This document shows, in pieces, positions 48,684 through 52,842 of a DNA stretch of 52,842 nucleotides. This DNA is from Sphaeroforma arctica JP610. Its lineage: Eukaryota. The DNA is taken from assembly GCF_001186125.1 (NCBI RefSeq), contig NW_014040455.1, positions 43,741-96,582 of the forward strand, given 5' to 3'. The stretch's first letter is position 1, and every line of letters begins with the position of its first letter. Position numbers and translations under genes: made by a program. Under the pieces are notes generated by a model, which worked only from the letters and a program-made list of their open reading frames with translations, searched no databases and was not told the DNA's origin.

Positions 48684-49343
48684 TAATAAATATATATATA
48701 ATATAATAATATATATATAATATGCATACATATTGATATAAGTGTATATATATATACATAGACATATACATATATATGTATATACATATGCATTCAGGGT
48801 TTAGCTACATAGACATATATATATAAATATATATCAATAAAATAAATAAATATATGAATCAATCAAGATATGTAATTTATGTTTTAAAATATAGATATAT
48901 AGGTGTATATGAATTTAAATGTATATATATTTTTGAAAATATACAAATTCAAATGTGTACACACGAATACACATTCACATACACACACATCCATATATTT
49001 ATTTATATGTATATAAGCACATGCACACACTCACATATATAACTATACAAATATAACTATGTATATAACTAAATATACATACACATATATATACATACAC
49101 ATATATAAATATACCTTTATATATCAAATGTATATATATATATATACATATATACATACACATATACATACATAAATACACAAACACACACACACACACA
49201 TATATATATATGTATACACAAACACAAACACACATATATATATAAATATATGTATGCGTATAAATATATACATATATATATAAATATACACACACACATA
49301 TATATATATACGTATACATACATACATATATATGTGTATATAT

Positions 49344-49394
<51 letters not shown>

Positions 49395-49440
49395 GATATA
49401 GATATATACACACACACACACGTATATATATATACATACA

Positions 49441-49474
<34 letters not shown>

Positions 49475-49485
49475 CATATATATAT

Positions 49486-49532
<47 letters not shown>

Positions 49533-50561
49533 TTTGTATTTATGTCTAAATGTACGTACGTACGTAAGTACGTTTGTGTATATGTATATACTTCTGAGCA
49601 CATATATATATAAACATATATATATATATATATTTTAAAATCCAAATATATATGTAGGTCTAAATATCAATATCAATATAAATATAAATACTATATATAT
49701 ATATACACATATGTTTATACATATTTTGTATAATGGCTGTATATAAATATATACATGCGTGTATGTATGTATGTATTTCTTGATGTATGTATGTATTCAT
49801 GTCCTTATATATGTATTATTTACGTATATATATATATATATATATATATGTATTCCTTTATATATATGTATATAAGTATAAGTTTATAAATATATGTATG
49901 TGTACACACACACACACATATATATATATATACATATACATATATATATATATGTATTTATATATATATGTATATATATATATGTGTACATACATACATA
50001 TATAATATATATTTATATATATATATACATTCTTATATACACACATACATGCATACACACATACGTACGATACATACACACATACATACATATATATACA
50101 TAAATATTAATAATATACGTTTATATAGATATATATATATATATATATCTACATATAGATATGTATATATATATATACGTATAAATATATATATATACAG
50201 GTATATGTGTATATATATATATTGTTTACATGTATATGTGTATGTATGTGGGAATGTTAGTGTATGTATGTGGGAATGTTATGTGTATGTATGTGGGTAT
50301 GTTATGTGTATGTAAGTGGGTATGTTATGTGTATGTATGTAAGTAGGTTATGTGTATGTGTGTATATATTTGGGTAGAAGTATAAGTATTTATGCGTATG
50401 TGTGTATATGTTTATGTATGTTTATGTGAATGTGTCTTTATGAGCATTTGTGTAGGTGCGTGAGAGTGTATGCGTATGTAGGTATATATACATGCATATA
50501 TGTTTACATGAACGTATGTGTATATTCACACACACACAGACACAAACACATGTATATATTC

Positions 50562-50620
<59 letters not shown>

Positions 50621-50624
50621 ATAG

Positions 50625-50656
<32 letters not shown>

Positions 50657-50677
50657 AGACACAGACACACAGACACA

Positions 50678-50726
<49 letters not shown>

Positions 50727-51061
50727 GGTTATGCATGTATGTATTTACGGTTCATGAATGTATGAATTTACACATGTATGCATGTACGCATGTATGCAAG
50801 GCATGTATGCCTGTTTGTATGTATGCATGTATGCATGTATTCTTGTACGCATGTATGCTTGTACGCATGTATGATTGTACGCATGTATGCGTGTACGCAT
50901 GTATGTGTGTACGAATGTATGCGTGTACGCATGTATGTGTGTACGAATGTATGCGTGTACGCATGTATTCGTGCACGCATGTATTCTTGTACTATACTTG
51001 TAAATATATGTATTCATGTTGTATGCATGGATGCTGGCACGCGCATGACCCCATGGCCGAG

Positions 51062-51095
<34 letters not shown>
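48330..51095. repeat. Compound microsatellite/minisatellite block: (TA)n, (CA)n, ~23-bp GTGTATGTATGTGGGAATGTTA units, GCATGTATGC-GTAC units, (GA)n
   Basis: Direct inspection; all ORFs here are repeat translations. Confidence 0.95.
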
Positions 51096-52540
51096 GCTCT
51101 GGCTCTCTGCAAGCTCTAGTATTTAAAAATACATAGTTTACGATGTCAAAGTATGTATCTATAATTACTAATTTGAGGGCTATGGTACAGAGTACACGGT
51201 CACGCCTAATATAAACTTGATTTCCGCTCGAGACCCAAATTCCAGTACCAACCAAAACTTCAGACGGCCTTGAACAACCTCTTGTTTTCAGCAGTTTTCA
51301 TTCGTTCGACAAGGTGACTCACTGATGACTCATCAATTCTGCCTCTGTTCTTCAAGTTCTCGGCCTCGCACTCATTGTAGGCCGCACTCTCGTCAGAGTG
51401 TCACTGACTCGCTGTGGAGTGTCTGGACTCTGGCGAGTCTGGCGTGCGCTGCGCGCTATTGCACATGGCTGTCATCAGTGTCATGGCCTCGTGGGTGACG
51501 GATCATAGGACTCATAGCCCATACTTCCTCAGCACACGAGAGAGTGACGAACTCGAAACTAATAAATACTCGCCAATCTTCTCAGTGAATTTGGAAACAA
51601 TAGTTCACAATTCATACTTCTTGACCATAGCCTTCTGAAATCAAACAGAAGAAGACTATGCAGTACATATGCTCTCTCTGTACTCTAGTAGGCACTTCAC
51701 CAGTTCCTCAGTTCACAGTGCCCCCCAGACCCCAGTTCACAGTTCACATATCACAGTTTACAGGTCACAAAGCCACCACTCCACTCTAGCTGTGACGTGC
51801 GTCTGTGTCTCTGTGACGAGTCCGTGTCGACTCTCTGCCATCTGATCTGTGGTGTCAGAGTCCAGACTCCAGAGTCCTGTCCTGTGTGACACTCACACAA
51901 GTACCATTTTTTCTCTTCAAAACAAACATAGTAGAAATAGAGATTGTTGTAAAAATATAAAATTTCTTTTGTTGTTTTCGCGAGAGTAAAAAACCATAAA
52001 AACAAAAAAAACAAAAGAAAATACAGTCACAGGAAATTCAACTAATTTTTCAAAACAAAAACTAACATAGCCTTCTGAATTATACAAGAAGGCTATGAAA
52101 CCAAACATAAATAGAACTTGACCAAATAAAAATTCAAGATCAAGACATTGGTATTTTATGAGAAAAATTGATACTGCTGACTCTACATTATGTGTATTTT
52201 AAAAAAAAAGATATGTATTTTAAAAAATTTAGTGGAATACAATGGTATGCTTGATTTATAGGTCAAAATAAGAATAAATAACCACATATAATTGGTACAA
52301 ATTTGGAATATTTGTAAAAACACAAAAATAAATAAAAAAGAACAAATATCATTTTCCATCGCTTCAATTCGATTCCACTGCAGAATTTCAGCAGCTTTTA
52401 TGTGGGGACAGAGAGCGAGATGGTGCCGCCGGCGCGATACCGTCACATATACATCAATCTATATATAGGCTGCATACAGTTAACTTCAGCAGGCACAAAC
52501 CTTGGAAGTAGCTAAGCGTTTTTGAAAACATTAGCCCAAG

Positions 52541-52842
52541 ATGAAGCTTCAGTGTACAGTTGTCACTCTTCTGGCAAGCGCTGTAAATGTTTACGCCATG
52601 GCTGACCAGTTTGTAAGTGACGGAGAAGGGTTCCACTTCGATGGTCACGTCTCGAACGGTGCGTGCTTTCCCATCAACGGGTGCGCAAACGATCACCTGC
52701 ACTGTCACAACGTAGGGCACTCATTCTGTACAAGATGTACGGATCAAGCATCCGTGGGAGTTTTTTGCGAGGGTAGGTTAAATCGTTATATCTGTGTTTC
52801 ACCAGCTTTATTGCGTTTGATGTACTAGGTGTAGCATCTGGT
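52541..52842 (+). CDS. Putative secreted Cys/His-rich protein, 3'-partial; exon 52541-52772, intron 52773-52828, next exon from 52829
   Basis: Signal-peptide-like MKLQCTVVTLLASAVNVYA; six Cys in about 40 aa; GTAGGT donor and TAG acceptor in phase; TATATATA about 80 nt upstream. Confidence 0.6.

Noticed and set aside
48250..51120. Many ORFs rich in Y/I/C/V/H/T (also at 77-292, 8780-8962 and 13370-13970)
   Set aside because: Translations of dinucleotide microsatellites.
52830..52842. TGTAGCATCT matching the start of LTR family A at the window end
   Set aside because: Only 10 nt, and better explained as an in-phase second exon after a TAG acceptor.

Overview
Intron-rich eukaryotic genomic DNA with GT-AG introns, long (TA)n/(CA)n tracts and three N gaps (7895-8778, 27976-28054, 31574-32005). 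The style suggests a unicellular holozoan or similar protist, but this is only an inference. Left part: the 3' portion of an XLF/Cernunnos-like gene (+), then two head-to-head paralogous 2xRRM hnRNP A/B-Musashi-Hrp1-type genes with a palindromic MITE between them. Middle (about 20.8-44 kb): a nested transposon graveyard with several Ty3/gypsy relics (one with a chromodomain), two solo LTRs, a TTAA-flanked MITE, a truncated LINE-like insert, a THAP/HTH DNA transposase relic and a two-LTR Ty1/copia element. Right part: a disrupted multi-TM-RGS gene, a 2.8-kb microsatellite block and the start of a secreted Cys/His-rich protein gene. The most striking observation is that the copia integrase carries a Dam-like (DIRS/phage-type) DNA methyltransferase-like domain inserted in frame between the HH and CC halves of its zinc finger. 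All homology calls are by-eye motif recognition; no searches were run.
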